From positions 98,208,001-98,272,000 of the forward strand of contig OX597817.1 in the NCBI GenBank assembly GCA_951406725.2: DNA of 64,000 bases, written 5' to 3'. Position numbers and translations under genes: made by a program. The stretch comes from Octopus vulgaris (lineage: Eukaryota). Within the stretch, counting starts at the first letter, position 1, and every line of letters begins with the position of its first letter. The notes under the pieces are model-generated. The model was given only the letters and a program-made list of their open reading frames with translations, made no database searches and was not told the origin of the DNA. This document shows, piece after piece, positions 35,471-51,930 of the stretch.

Positions 35471-36578
35471 TGCGTATATATTGGAAATTTTCTATCATGC
35501 CCCAAGCCATAATTTCTGTGGCTGTGATGTGCATGTTTTAAGCATCGAATCTGAAAAGAAAACCTTCCCCTTCCGTAATTTTGAAGTTTTGACTTTTGTC
35601 GTCAAAAATAAATTTATCGTGTGCATGTTTTTGAATAATCATAATTTCAGATGTTTAAAGTACAAATTGAAAAAAATTTCGAAAGAAAGTAAAAACTAGA
35701 AAAGTACAATTAGCGGTGGCGTGTAGGATAAAAAATTTCCGTTTCCATTATCTGCAGAATCATAACCTATAATGCTTAAAACTTAAAGGTTTTTGGCGCG
35801 CTAGATAAATTCTGATTCAATAGGAACGCCTCAGATCGGTTCTGATGAGAGCGGACCAATGATCAAAGACATTCCAAACACGATCATTGTGTTCTTTTTG
35901 GGGTAATCTAGGATTACATTAAATAATGTATTCTTCCTTAATTAAAATAGTCGAGTGTGATTTGAGGAATATTTGGCTGCTTTTTCGGGTAAAGTTTTCC
36001 TTGTTGGTCTGTCTTTCCAGCTGGCGCCTTGCGGAGGTACATTATTAGTGCTGCTGCTGCTCACAACGTTGAATAATGATAATTTCTAAACACGAACTGC
36101 TTTACGGCAGAAATCGTAAGTAAACATCAACTTGGAATGTGTTCCTTTTTAATGACACGTCCTCTACATCGCTGTCCGATTCCTTATCAGAAATTACTGG
36201 TCTTCATTATTCCTATAAAACCAAGAAAACTAAATTTGTTTCATCACCGGGGAAAAAATATATTTGCAAAGACAATAATAAAACGACACGCCCAATTATT
36301 TTTAGTTGGGATATTGTGTGGCTGTTAATTTTCGTGGTGAGTGTCATTTGATGATACAGTTTTTGCATTTGTTTCTTTCACCTATTCTGCCTATATTGCT
36401 TGTTTTTGTTTGATAATAACAGCTGCAATAACAGCAACAATAATAGAAACAATAATGGAAATGTCTAAATCAACCTTTCTCCTCTTCGTATCGATTGTGA
36501 AATCTGTTTAGGTTCTTTTCTTTAGTACATGGATGTATATATTGATGTTACAAGAATACCCACCACACACACTTCTCT

Positions 36579-36619
<41 letters not shown>

Positions 36620-36760
36620 CTAATAAATATGTGTGTGTTTATATATTCATCTCAAAGTATTTGTTCATGTTTACCTACCTCTGTGTGTGTCTTACTTATT
36701 CCTTACCATTCTCTTCCTCCCGTCTACTCGCATATACCCCTCTCTGTCTCTCTCTCTTTG

Positions 36761-36794
<34 letters not shown>

Positions 36795-37599
36795 ATACAC
36801 TCATTCCTACTCAGACTTTTATTTGCCTCTATTGTAAAAAGGTTATCAAGTAGACAAGTGACGTGAATAAGTGGACTCGCACCTCTGTTTCATTAATATC
36901 AATGTTTCCTTCTAATTTATGAAGCTGCCGTAACTCTACTAAACGCAGCATTAGTGTTTCTGTGCTTTTCACCATCCCGGGTCGGTGAAATAAATAAGAA
37001 ATATTCTGCGGTTCATTTTAATCCGACATATTAGTTAAAAGTAAACGATAAAAATAACAATATCCTTTGTCTGAGAAAATATTCATTACTGATACTGTTT
37101 GGCCATTATTGTTGTTAATGTAATAATTATGATTGTCATTTATTTAAATTTATTCATTTAATTTATGTACTCAATGTTGTTGTGTACACCAAATCTAAAA
37201 GATGTGTGTATATCGTAATGTGAAGATTATCTCATCTCGAACTCAGTACATTCGGCAGATAGATATGTTTATTGTAGCAGTAGTTGACAGTCTACTTTGA
37301 GTTTTGTTATAGAGCTAGGTGAAAACTCGGAGTAGATTAACTTTTGATATAATCACATACATAGTATTATAAACATTTGTAAAGTGGGACGCTTTTGTGG
37401 CTATTTTAAAAAACAAAATCACGAGGACAGTGTATATTTGCAGGCATATGAAATTTTATTAATTGTTTGGTAATGATAATTAGTGAAAGGAAGTTATATA
37501 ACACTAATAATTTTGAATTATTCCATTTTATCTCAGAATTATACAGATACACTGAAGTATTGACGTTTATCGGTAGATAGACAGATAGAATCGTTTATA

Positions 37600-37689
37600 T
37601 TACTATTATTTAACTTTCATCCTTTCGGAGTCAATGTAATCGACTTAACTCTCCCCGAAATTACTGGGCTTGTGCCAAAATTTGAAACC

Positions 37690-37741
<52 letters not shown>

Positions 37742-38560
37742 GTCCTTCGTAACACAGTGTAGGTAAAAATGCACCGGAGTCTTTAGTCATCTGTCAAGTC
37801 ACAACAAAGACCTCAGACAGAAAACACTTTCCTTAGATGTGCGCTGTGCCCAATAAGACTGCTTTTTGCAAGACATAAATCTTGCATGGAATTTCCAGTT
37901 GCCTTAAGAAGTTTTGAAGTTTCAATGGGATTGAGCCCAACGCTCCGATCACCACTGGCATCACTGTTACATTACCCTCTCGCATTCCATACAATCTGAG
38001 TTCAAATTCTGCTGAGATCGACTTTATCTTTCATCCTTTCGGGGTTGATAAATTAAGTACCAGTGATACTCTGGGGATCATTATAATCGGCTAGCCCTCT
38101 CTTACCAAATTTCAGGACTTGTGCCTATAGTAGAAAGAATTATTATTATTTTTAATGCGGCAAACTGGCAGAATCGTTAAGCATGCCAGGTGAAATGCTT
38201 AGCGGTATTTCGTTCATCAGTATTTCATCGATAAAATAAGTACCAGTTGTGTACTGGAGTTGATGTAATCAATTTAACCCCACCCAAAATTTTCAGAAAG
38301 GATTATTATTATTATTATTATTATTAGCCCATGTGGCCAATAAACGAATTAATTATTATTATTATTAAGGTGGCGAGCTGGTAAAATCGTTAGCACGTCA
38401 GGCAAATAGTGACATTTCGTCTGTCTGTCTTTATGTTCTCAGTTTAAATTCTGCCAAGGTTGACTTTGCCATTCATCCATTTGAGGTCAATAAAACAAGT
38501 ACCAGTATTGATTTAATTCTTCTCTTAAACTTTCTGGCCTCATGCCAAAATTTGAAACCA
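37600..38560 (+). mobile_element. Cluster of tRNA-derived SINE fragments separated by (ATT)n
   Basis: Recurrent ggcgagctgg.agaatcgttagc, gagttcaaattc and tttcatcctttcgggg..gataaa..aagtaccag. Confidence 0.75.
37690..37985 (-). mobile_element. R4/Dong-like non-LTR 3' end with (TAA)n
   Basis: Minus strand encodes PVVIGALGSIP...LQKAVLLGTAHI, followed by (TAA)n. Confidence 0.75.
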
Positions 38561-38564
38561 TTAT

Positions 38565-39310
38565 GCAGATGTCACCATCATAGTGTCAAAAGAATTACAT
38601 GACAGTGACAGGAGCAAAAATTAACCAAGAAAAGTCAGTGGGCCTGCAGCTAGGCACCTGGAGAGGTAGGTCCATGCCATCCAATAATTTTATGGGATGC
38701 TGGATGGAGGGACTGGTTAAGTTGCTCATATTCTGGTTTGGTCCAGATCTCCAGGTGGAGAAGAACTGGGAGGAGTGATGAGTAGGGTAGCCAATCTTGC
38801 CTTGAAATAGGCTGAGAGAAAGCTATTCCTGAAAGGTCAGCAGAGGTGGGGAATGCTTAGTTTGCCCCCATTATATATTACCATCTGACCGTTATGCTAT
38901 GCTCCAGTTTATGTCTGACCAAACTGGAGTGCACACTCTTCCACTTTCTGTGAAAGGGATGAGTTCAACTGGTCAGGTGCTCCATTTGCTGTCATCACTC
39001 AATGAATGGAAGGCTGGACATGTCAAGGTTGCTGATGAGCAGACGTGTTGAGGCTACGGCATCTCCAGCACTTCCTTGATGGTGAGCAGGTGTGGTTGGA
39101 CAGGATCTTTCACAGCTTGTCTCTTTGACCGAGCTGCAGTCCTGGATCAAACATAGATTGAGGCAGCATTCCTGGCACTTAGAGTGTTGTTATGTCCTCA
39201 CAGTCCTTTGTCAGTTGGGTAATGCAGTCGGTTGAAGTTCCACTTTGGCATTCTATAAAGGGTTAGTGGCAGGTAAGTGTGACAATGTTCTTGGGGAGAC
39301 TCAGGGCTAA
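38565..39310 (+). mobile_element. Tx1/L1-like LINE fragment (post-RT region), heavily decayed
   Basis: VTGAKINQEKSVGLQLGTWRG remnant, followed by WFGPDLQVEKNW. Confidence 0.6.
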
Positions 39311-39829
39311 TTTTGCTCAAGTTAATTTTATAGAGGGTTGTATATAAGAATTGAAAATAACACCATATGCATTTACTGACAACCTTCCACCAGATGGCTG
39401 CATCACCATCACAACCCAGTTATGCTGTAGTACCAACCCGTATAACACCACTTTGCAGCATTGTTTATTTCACCAACACCAACACCACTTTGCAGCATTG
39501 TTTATTTCTTTTTTTTTTAACTGTGATTTCCTCTGTTTTAAGAGATGAGAAAATTTGTGAATACTTGTACATTTGTATTATGAATAAATTCAATTGTTAA
39601 ACATTAAAAAGTAATTTGAAATATTAATTAGCAACAGTAATCCTGGTATTATTTTCTAAAATTGTTATCAGGTTCTAATTTTTAGTATTATTGAAAAGGA
39701 GACGCATAGCATTTAATACTGCAAATCCAACCATCTATATTCCTTCATTTCTTATCACTTTCTACCATCTATATGTAAGTTTTTGAATTAAAATATATAT
39801 TTAATTCATTTTCTTTGCCTTCCCAGCTG

Positions 39830-40850
39830 GCCATATTTTCCCATCAAAATGGTTTTGCAGAGATCTAAATAAATGGAAATCTTATGGAACAAGGTCTGGA
39901 TAATATAGATGGTATAGCATTTTTTCTATCCAGAACGTTTTTAGTGACTTAATCGGAATTAAACTGAGCATTATCTTGATGAAAGAGAACCACACTGCAG
40001 TTTAACAAGACTGGGCATTTTCTATTCAAAGCAATCTTCCAACAGTGAAGTTACTGACAGTAGACTTCAGAAAAGATTGTTTGATTCATCCTGAAAAGCT
40101 CTTTCCATCTCCCACCAAACACTCAAAGTTTTCTTTGCATTAAGTTCTACTCCTGAATGTGGCATAGTTTTTTTTAATTTGGGCTTAATCACTGTCTGCA
40201 GTGCTTAATATTGCCATAAAAAAAATCATTTTTCATCTCCAGTCACGATCCAGTTCAAAAATGGTGCTTGATGGTTCTGTGTATGGAGTGATTCACAGCC
40301 TTTGTTGATGATTTGCTGTTGAAGAGCATGAAGAACCGATTTTGCACACTTAGAAACATTTTCTAGCTTTTTCAAATGATTATGAATGGTCACAGTGCTA
40401 ACATTAACCCTTTCGTTAGCAATCTGGCTGAAACCGGCTCTGGCTCTGAGTACAAATGTCTTGTTTTCATAAGTTTTGAATTAAAATCTTCCACCAAACC
40501 TTAGTCATAATTTATGTTCCTAACAATAACTGAATGATAACTAAGTTATTTTACTAAATTATTTGTTATGAAAGAAACAGAGCATCTCAAAATAAATACA
40601 GTAAAGAAAGGGAAAGCTCTCTCACCATCACAGCAGGATTCCTTGCAAATGTTGCCTCCAGCATTTCATCATCCACTTCATAACAACATCCCCATCTTAG
40701 CTTATCTATCAAATTAACCACAAGCCTTTTGAACATTTTTGGCTGCTCTGGTTGCATTAAATTCTCCATAAAACTCATAAAGCATAACGTGATGAATATG
40801 TTCTTTGGTTGCTTCCATGATGGGTTCTTCATATAGAAAATTATAATATA
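39830..40850 (-). mobile_element. Tc1/mariner transposase remnant
   Basis: Minus-strand IVTGDEK (~40240) and FHQDNA (~39975) catalytic motifs. Confidence 0.75.
40404..40615. mobile_element. Short piggyBac-type MITE nested in the mariner remnant
   Basis: Left end TTAA-CCCTTTCGTTA and degenerate right end GTAAAGAAAGGG. Confidence 0.5.
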
Positions 40851-43800
40851 CTAAAATATGATTGTTCCTCTACAGAAACTCTTCATTACTGAATGCCACC
40901 AATATTTATAGCTGTTATAAAAAACGTGTTTTAATGGGTTCAAACTTGTAATCAGATAGAACTTTACATATAACCTATTTACTTTTTACATTTGTATTTG
41001 GCAGTAAGTTATTGTTGCCAAATGCTAACCATTCAACTGTAAAATAAGAATGGAGCTTGTTAGTTGGCCAGGAACATTGAAAATTATGCCAACATTCTTG
41101 TTTGTATTCTATTATTTTGGATTGTGTTATATACTTTGCAGAATTCATTTTTACCTGTTTGATGGAAATTTCAGACTAAAGGATTCCAGTTTGCTATGAG
41201 TGTAAGTATCTAGTTTATACAGGGTAAAATCCTGTTACACAAAACTATTTTTGAATTTATTTACGTAGCATTTACATAATGTAAATTTGTATATTTTGAC
41301 AGCAAAACGTGAGGTTGATTGCCTGTTAAGATGTTAGAGTGCTAAAAAATACACTTGATTTACTCTTGATTTCCTTTCAGCTAGTGTAAGATGAATTTGT
41401 TGAGTGCTCATATGGAAACTTCTGTTGCATATGTCAGCTTGATGTTGTTCTGGTTGCCTATATAGAAGTTCAGTGATGTAATTTGAGTTGAGATGGCAGA
41501 ATAACTTCAACTCAAATTGACCTGAAGCTGGGAGCTTCTTGGGAGAACTGGGCTATGAAAGTTATGCCTTGAGCAAATTTGGCAGTGTAATTTACATTCC
41601 TGTTAGAATATGGTTCCATGTCAGAAACACTGCTTTATTAGAACCTATCAACTCTATTAATGTTAACTGTGATTACAACTATAACAACACAAAAATAATA
41701 TATAAAATTCAACATATTTGTCAATTACATCATCTACGTGAATAATTTTTTGTAGAGTTCCTTCCTCTCTCTTCTCTGTCATCATCATCAGCAAGATTAT
41801 AGGATTAGCCTTATCCTTTATATACTAGCATGATTTTGAATGATTTGCAGAAAGATTTGTCTCCAGCTTTTCATATTGTGGGACATCTTATATAGTTGGT
41901 ATATACATAGCACCACCTGATTTAATACTGCCATGTAGTAAACATATGCTGTATGGTTTACATATTTGTAGGAGCTAATACGTAGAGTCTAGACTGGATT
42001 GGAATCCATGGATATTAATGAGATTTGTCTGGCAGGTTTAGTGTTATTTTTTGACTGAGGCATTTAACCCTCTCAGACTTCGGCCCCTGTGTCTAACTTT
42101 ACCTTCTTGGGCTCCTGAACAAACAAATAAATAGTTGCATACACAGTTCAAGAGTAATGATCGCTAACAAACTAATGGACAGAACCCCCACAATTCAGGA
42201 GAATAACAGTAATAAGTTTACCTCTCAATTACTTCCAGTATTCTGCCTTAGTATGCTAGTCAGACCCTTGTTTGATACATAAATACTTTTTGCAGAAGCT
42301 GCACTACATTGTTGTCTTCACCACCTTGTCTGGGATGTCTTTATAAGCTACTCCAGGATTATTTTGTATTTCAGGTGATTTTTCACAGCACAAAACACAT
42401 ACATGGTGTGTAGATGGATCAGTTCGTACTTCTGGGAAGTGAGGCCCTTGGGTATGGTGTAGGTTGCTTGGCTCTTTTCATACACAAATGAGCAGACAAG
42501 CAATAATTTTCAATGAAAGCAAGGCAAGTTCCTGAATGTACCCAATGAAAAACATTTGGGGAGAGTCTGCTTGCCTTTTAGCATTGAAAAAAAAAAAGAA
42601 TGAAAGAATTATAACAAGCCCACAATGTCAGCACATCACAAGATTGCAATAACCTCCTGCCATGGCCTGAATGCTTGAAAATTTCACTAATTTTAGGTTA
42701 TTGTAATCTTATGATGTGCTGACATTCTTTAGAATTCCTTAACTTTTAAACAGTGGGAAAGGGTTGCATGAATGTGTGTGCCAAACAAGCAAAAAACAAA
42801 AAAAAATCCTCATTTCTTAAGAGCAATTATACTCATTTTCCCTTTAAATAAGTGCAAAAAGTATGAAAAGTTACAATCTCATTACAAAAGTGCCATAAAA
42901 TATTCACTTTTTTTTGCATATCCAACATTAATATGAATTCATTTGAGATTCTTGCATTATTTCAAATGAATGTACAAATAGAGGAAAATCAGTGCATTTT
43001 TTCCATCCAAAGCTTGAAGCATTACTTTCTTCAGTGCTATCTAGATCATCATCTACCTCATTGAAGAAGGAAAGTCAGAAAAAAAATCATCACTGTACAA
43101 AATCTTCCATTTACAACTTGATTTCTCCTCTAAGTAATGGCCACTTATGCTTAGGCACATTCAATGAAGTAATCACTTTGGCATCAATTGATGATGGCCA
43201 TATCCATGAAAAATTTTTGAAACATCAATTGATGATGTCTATCATTTAAAGCTTAAATTTCTCAGTCAAAAATTAACACTAAATCTGGTGGACAGTTCTC
43301 TTTAATATCCAGTCTAGACTTTACACATTAACTCCTACTAATATGAATCTACACAGTCTGTTCCCCTCAAAAATACCTACCTCTCATCTCTATAGCCTAT
43401 ATCTGTGGTTTAGGATATGTAATTTAGTTTAAGTATAGAATACTTGAACTTCACTCTGAAACTTGTTCTCTTTGTATGTGTTTTTTTTCTGCTCTCACTG
43501 TTATCCATTTCTTACATCTGGATATCAGTTTCACAAATTTTCAGTTACTCTGGCTCAGTATCTTCCTTTTATATTCCTTTAACTATATCTGCTTCCTCTA
43601 TCATTCTCCTCACACCTCTAATAACTAACAACTCTTCAGTCATATTCATTCCATTCTGATGCCACAGCAGTAATTTTTAAAGAATTGTTAGTGCATAGCA
43701 CAATTTACCTGCAGTATTCTTTTTGGCTCTCTGTGCTTGGAGTTCAAATCTCAATGAGGTTAATTTTCTCTTTCATCCTTTTGGGAGTTGCAGTCAAGAG

Positions 43801-44662
43801 CTATGGCTTGGCAGAATCCTTGAAGTATTGAAATACTTTGAGGTATTTGTTCTGGTTCTTTACATTCTGAGTTCTTGGGTGTTAGGCTTAATGTCCTGGC
43901 TTAGCATCACCACCTGGTCCTTGGGTTCTTTCACAGCATTTCCCCTGCTGCAAGCATCCTCTAAGGTTGTGACAAAATAATGGATGTAGTATTTGACACA
44001 TTATGGAAGTATACTTAAAAAAAGTATCCCTCTTGTATACTGGCCTTCTAAAGATTTATCTCTTATGTACTTAACTGTACAGAAACTTGGATGTAGGCAT
44101 AACGGTGTGGTTAAGAAATTTGTTTGACAACTGTGTGATGCTGGTTTCAGTTCAGCTGTGCAGCATATTGTCAAAAGGTCTTACCATAGCCTTAGGAGTG
44201 AAATTTGATAGCCATAAATTATTTGGAAGCCCACAAGAGGGATATTTTCTATTCTTGGTTGGAAAACTGAATGCATCACTCAGTTTACCACCACCATCTA
44301 GATATTGGGTTTCTTTTACAGAAACTACTCTTTTGCAAGCATTTGAGCCAGATGTGAAAATAACTTACCCCTCCCTGTAAGGTCGTGATTGCAGTTCTTC
44401 TGCCTTTAGTTAAATCATAAAAATGATGTAAAGGTAGTGAAATATAGTGGTTCAGAAAGAATTGACCGAATAGTTTCATCACACCATATTCTTGCTACCC
44501 CAACATAAACTAGAATACATATATGTTTCTTCTGCTGCTTGTGCTGATGATTATGATGATAATGTTTCCTTTTGTTCCAGATTTGTTAAACCATTCCCAC
44601 ATGCTGTGAAAGGTGTATCAGACAGCAGCAGCTCTATTTCTCCATCTTTTAATGCTTGAATA

Positions 44663-44759
44663 ATGGAGTTAGGAGTCAGTGGTGATGATGAAGGCTTTGC
44701 TGAGGGAGACAGCCAGGTAGACGCACAGATGGAGTGTTCTCCTGTTGTTGATTTGGAAG
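44663..44759 (+). CDS. Candidate first coding exon of an unidentified host gene (MELGVSGDDEGFAEGDSQVDAQMECSPVVDLE)
   Basis: Polypyrimidine acceptor ending ttccag at 44580, ataATGG start context, and donor AAG|GTAAGT at 44760. Sequence is not recognisably repeat-derived. Confidence 0.35.
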
Positions 44760-46799
44760 GTAAGTGACCTTTTACACCACCTTAGATAGTAGGAGGCTCT
44801 CAGCCATTTATGTTTGTTATTGGTAGAAATGGTTTAATGGATAAGGTATAAAATTATAGGTATCTTAAATGTAAATGAGCTTTGTTGTGTCATTGGGCGG
44901 AATAGTCTAGTCATCTAGGCAAAGCATAGCTCTATTGGAAATACCTATAATAAACATAATATCTAAGAAATGATTAGAGTGAAACTTAATACAGTGTATT
45001 CAGTGAAGGCAAAGGATTGACAGACTATCTGAAAACCAGGACTGCAGATATCATGGATTCACAGGAGTAATTAGTTGTAAGAGTGGCCATCTGATAACAC
45101 CCAAATTAGATTTAGTTGATAGTTTCTACTTCATTAGTGATTTAATTAGTTCTGTCCAAAGTAGCTAGAGTAATGCAAGGGTAAGAAAGGTGGTTTTGAG
45201 AGTTGTTACTTCTGTTGGTAACAAAAGGTTTCTTTCTTTATATGTAATATGGCTGCAATACACATATGTAAAAGAGTATGATAATGCAAGGTAATAAGAT
45301 AAAAACATTGTAAAGGCTAGATAGACTATAGATCAGTATGATTCATTCAAAGCTGAACAGAAGTGAAATTAGAGAGGCTAGATAAGAATGACATTGGCTA
45401 GTGTGTGCAGGAAATGAATGCTGAATGTAAAAGTGTCATGTAGGTGTCCTTGGGTGAAGATGTGGAGAAAGTAGTGAGGTTAGATGGCAATATGGTGTAT
45501 CTCCCAGTAAAGGTGATATAAGAATGAGGTAAGTAGCAATCTATTGTGCAGTAGACCTGTGAACATAGAAGAATGGGTGTTAAAATGCTGTATGGCTGTT
45601 GCAAGTATATGCACCTAACAGCAAGGCCAAATACAAATTCTTCCTTGATGAAATCACTGTAGCTTTGATCTAGTTAAGACCAAGCCATTTGTCCTACAAG
45701 GAACTTCAGTGCACTTGTTGGCATTGATCACTGGACATGGAAAGGAGTGATTGGGAGGAATGGTGACCCTAAACTAAATGCAAATGGAAAGGCCTTATTA
45801 CATTTCTGTGTTGGAAGTGGGCTGTACATTATGAACTCATTCTTCCAGCACAGAGATATCCATAAGTATACCTGATACAGAGAATTCGTTGGGACAGAGG
45901 TCATTAATAGATTTTGTTTATTGTCTTTGACCACTTTGTTTCTGTACTGGACTTTTGTGTAAAGAAATGGTTGGAGTTATCAACTGATCATCACCTAGTT
46001 GTCTGTAACCTGAGACTATTGACAGCAGGAAGAACTCACAAAACTGCTAAGTCCAGTGCAAGTTGCAGGATAAAGTGGGAAACCCTGGAAGAGAAACAAA
46101 TCTCTCCTTTTGTGCAGGCAGTACACTGAGGTGCAAAAGGCTGCAGTAGATACAGTAAAAACAAACAAGGCATGAGAGGACTTTGGGGTTAAGCTGAACT
46201 CTGACTTTAGATCGATCAATAAAGTATTCTGGCAGGCCGTCGACTTACTTCATAACAAGAAGCACTCTTTCACACCAGCCATTAAGAACTGAGCATCCTT
46301 GATGGGCAAAGAAAATACTTTGCTGATCTAAATCTAGTTATGATAAAATTTTCTAGTGGACACGAGGTGCATCTAGAGGTGAAGGCTAATTTCACATAGC
46401 CTGAAGTCACAGAGACAATTAAAGCACTTAAATGTGGCAAAGCTGCTGGAGAAGATGAAATTTAGCCCGAGATGTTAAAAGCCTTAAAGCTATTCTCTGG
46501 CTCATTCACATATATCAGGTGACTTGAACATCTAGAAAGACCCCAAGGCAATGGGAGTCTGGGGTGGTAATTCCAATTTTTAATCAGGGAGATGAGAGAG
46601 TGCTCTAATTGTTGAGGATTCGCTTTGTTGACTTTCCCTGATAAAATCTATGCTAGGTATCTGGAAAAGAAATGTAGGGAAATTGTTGAGGCCAAGATAG
46701 CTGAAGTACAGTGTGGCTTCCATCCTGGATGAGCACAACTGATGTTCAGATAATAACTTTACAGCAAGTCTTTGAAAAATCATGAGAATATTCTTTTCT

Positions 46800-47015
46800 A
46801 CTCTAGGTACAAGGTCCAAAATTTTTGGGGAGGGGCCAGTTGATTAGACCGACCCCAGTATGCAACTGGTGCTTAATTTATCGACCCCAAAAAGATGAAA
46901 GACAAAGTCGACCTCGGTGGAGTTTGAACTCGGAATATAAAGACAGATAAAATGCCACTAAGCATTTCGCCTGGCATGCTAACGTTTCTGCCAGCTCACT
47001 GCCTTAAAACACTGA
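46800..47015 (-). mobile_element. tRNA-derived SINE
   Basis: Reverse complement of the family at 38150-38560 (gagctggcagaaacgttagc, gagttcaaactcc). Confidence 0.8.
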
Positions 47016-47469
47016 GGATATTGCCAAGAGAAATACACTTGTTTTGTAGACCTGGAAAAGGCATATTGCATGACATGCTGTGGAGAATTTTGAAGGAGTT
47101 TGGGATTAATGGGCAACTTCTGATTGTCATGAAGTCCCTATATGAAGAATGCCCTAATGTCTTTGTCTGGGTAAATGGCATTAAGTTGAAACCGTTCAAT
47201 ATGGGCTTTGGACTAACACAGGGGAAAGAGTATTGTCACCTTTCCTTTACATAATTTTTATGAACTGGATTGACATGCGCAGCTGGTGTGGAAGTGGTAT
47301 CATAATTGCTGGGTGTAGACACCATGGTGCTACTAGGCATCTGAAGGTGATCTCCAGTATGCACTGAATAGGTTTGCTGCTGAATGCTGCAAAGTAGGGA
47401 TGAGAATTAGCGTTATGAAGACTGAAACATTGGCTCTCTCAAAGTCTTCCCTGTGCACTCTGTATGTTA

Positions 47470-49290
<1,821 letters not shown>

Positions 49291-49934
49291 TGTTAGTGGA
49301 ACATCAGTGAGATAAGTGGAAAAGTTAAATATCTCTAGGCTATATTCATGAGTGATGGAAAGGAGGATGCTAGAATTGCAGATACTAGCACAGTAATGTG
49401 CCAGGTCCAGCATTTGATCCCCAGAATCTTCAATTTGGTTTTCATGCCTATCCTTACATATAGATATGAATGTTAAGTAATAACTGAAAGAACAAGATCA
49501 TGAAAACAAGTAGCTGAAATGGGATTCTTCCAAAGGATCTTGGGAGTAATGTTACTTAAATGGCTGTGTAACTTGGAGATGAGGGAGTCTTTTCAGGTTG
49601 AGCCACTACTTCTCCACATTGAGAGAGCACAGCTCTGTTACTATGGGCATCAGATTAGAATGTTGAAGGAAAGAATTAGAGATGGATTCTTCAAGCTGAG
49701 CCAATTGGTAGGAGACAAAGTAGACAAAGAACAAACTGGTTGGATAATATCCATAGTTTCAGTTGGTTGTGTTTAGGAATCCAACCAGAAAGTTTAATGA
49801 TGGTCGTGCTTGATAGGATTCAATGGCGGAGGTGTCTGAGGACTTGACTACCCACAGCCCTTCCTAGACTAGTGGGCAGAGAAGATGAATGCATAGTTGG
49901 GGTTTTGTAAAGAAAGAGCAGACAAATATATTTT

Positions 49935-51930
49935 ATAATGTCTATAGCCCAGGCTTCTTTGTCTGCTCTTTCTTTTTCATGGAAGAGTTGCAGACTTTTT
50001 TCAACTTCCAGCAGTTGTATTTTCAGGCGGGACTGTTCACTGCTTTCAAATTGTTTGTTTAGGTGATTTGAAACTTTTGTACGCCGTTTCATAAGAATTT
50101 TCCTCTCCCTGGAGATTTTGTTCTTGTGTACAGTGGCTTTTCTCTCCAGCATGCATTTGCAGCAGATGGCTTGCATTACAGACATGAATTGTTGAAGTTT
50201 CATCTCAATGTTCGGTGAGGATAGACATTTAGGCCAGTTTTGTTTGAGGATCTCTTTCTCAATTTGTTTCCAGTTTGCCTTATGGAAGTTCAAGCTGGAA
50301 AGATTTGGAGAGTTTCTTGTAGGCTGCATGTCCATGCTTTCCTTTGGTCTGTACATGGTCAGCTCTACTATGTTGTGATCTGAGAGTAGCATCAGCGTTA
50401 CTTTCACTTTATGGATGAGATCCATATTATTTGTGAAGCAGAGATCCAGTATGTTACCTACCATGGTTGGGTGGAGTACTATTTGCTCCATGTACAAAAT
50501 TTTGATGAGGTTCAGGAGGGACTTCACCTGTTCTTGTTTGCATCGTGTCATTCCTGGGAGAGAAAGGTCTTCAGGCCATCTGACATTGGACAGATTGAAG
50601 TCTCCCATAAGAAGTACACTTATGTGTTGTTCTAATATGACGAGAACTTCTATTTTTGTAAGGCAGTCTTCAAACTTGCCTACATGGCTTGGAGCATCTG
50701 GAGGGCGATATGTAGCACATAAAATTACACCGAGTTGCCTTATATGTACAATTAGTGTGTCACATACTGAATTTGAGTGTAACAAAAGGACCTGGGGTGT
50801 GAGGTCCTCACGGATGTACATAGCAACTCCACCATGACTCCTTTCTTTCCTGTCGGTCCGCAATACAACATACTGTGGTATGTGTATTTCTGCATTTGCT
50901 ATATCTGGTTTCAGGTGTGTTTCTGTAAGTGCTATGCATAAGGCTTGATTGCATGCAACAAGGTCACTCAAGAAAGGGATTTTTGTCCTGTTACTGAGTG
51001 TTAGCAGTCCTCTGATGTTCAGTAGGAGCATCGAGGTGATGTGTATGTTGTTGCCAGTGGTGTCCACCTTGGATCTATTTGCTGTGGCGGTCTTGTGTAT
51101 TGTGGATAGTCCCATCTGCGAGTTTGAGTTTGATGGAGCCAGGTTAGCTGCTGTACAATCTTTTGTGCCATGCACCAAAAAGATTCTTGTTCAGCAGCTG
51201 CCCTTTCAATAACATGTTGATGGTTTGTAACACGCACTACATCTGTGTACCTCTGTTTTGGCGCAGGTGGTGCATAGTCCTTTCCTTTTCCTTTTGGCAG
51301 GTGGTTTCTGCCCTGTTTCATGTTTATGTGGCGGGGTCTTTGGTGTGCAAAACAGCAACCGCACCTTCCTCTCCATACCAGCAGACACCTTTCAGGTATA
51401 ATTTGCACATTCGTTTATGCTGTCTCTTTTTATCCTTTTTGTTATATGGATAGTCAGGTTTGCTTCTTTCCTTGGCTGTTTCATCTTTTGTTTTTGTTTT
51501 TCCTTCTTTTAGTTCTTTATTGGCTCTTTCATCTCCATGGTTTTGACTTTTGATGCTGGTAGGGGCACTTGCACTTGGGTTTACTTTCCAGGCAGGTTTC
51601 TCACTTGAATCTTCTTTGTTTTCTTGAGTGTCTACCAAGTGGGGGTGACATCTTTCATCTGCTTCCATGCCTCCATCCTTGTCATCTTTACTTTGTTCAT
51701 TATCAAAGATGGCATCAAGAGTGCTGATACGGGATCATATGAGAGCATAGGAGTGTATAATCTCCTGCTTCTTTCGTTCTATCTGAGCTAATGTTCTGGT
51801 GCAACCATTGCTCTTCAGCGCAGCTGTGATTATGTTGTTTGGGTTATCTCCTTCAGCACAGTACCAGGCTCTCAAAAACAATGCCAATTCCATGCTCCTC
51901 CAGGTTCTGGACATTTTTCTGGATATTTTA
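49935..51930 (-). mobile_element. CR1/L2-group LINE 5' half: ORF1 remnant with Cys/His fingers + ORF2 AP endonuclease
   Basis: ORF 49820-51178 has NIRG, ALTETHL, GGVA, YRPP, GDFN, LDL and SDH. Upstream CKLYLKGVC...C.FAH CCCH-like motif. Confidence 0.9.

Noticed and set aside
34998-35534. Long YIYI/MYVC ORFs here and at 48039-49296 and 54086-55272
   Set aside because: Translations of (TA)n/(TACA)n microsatellites, not genes.
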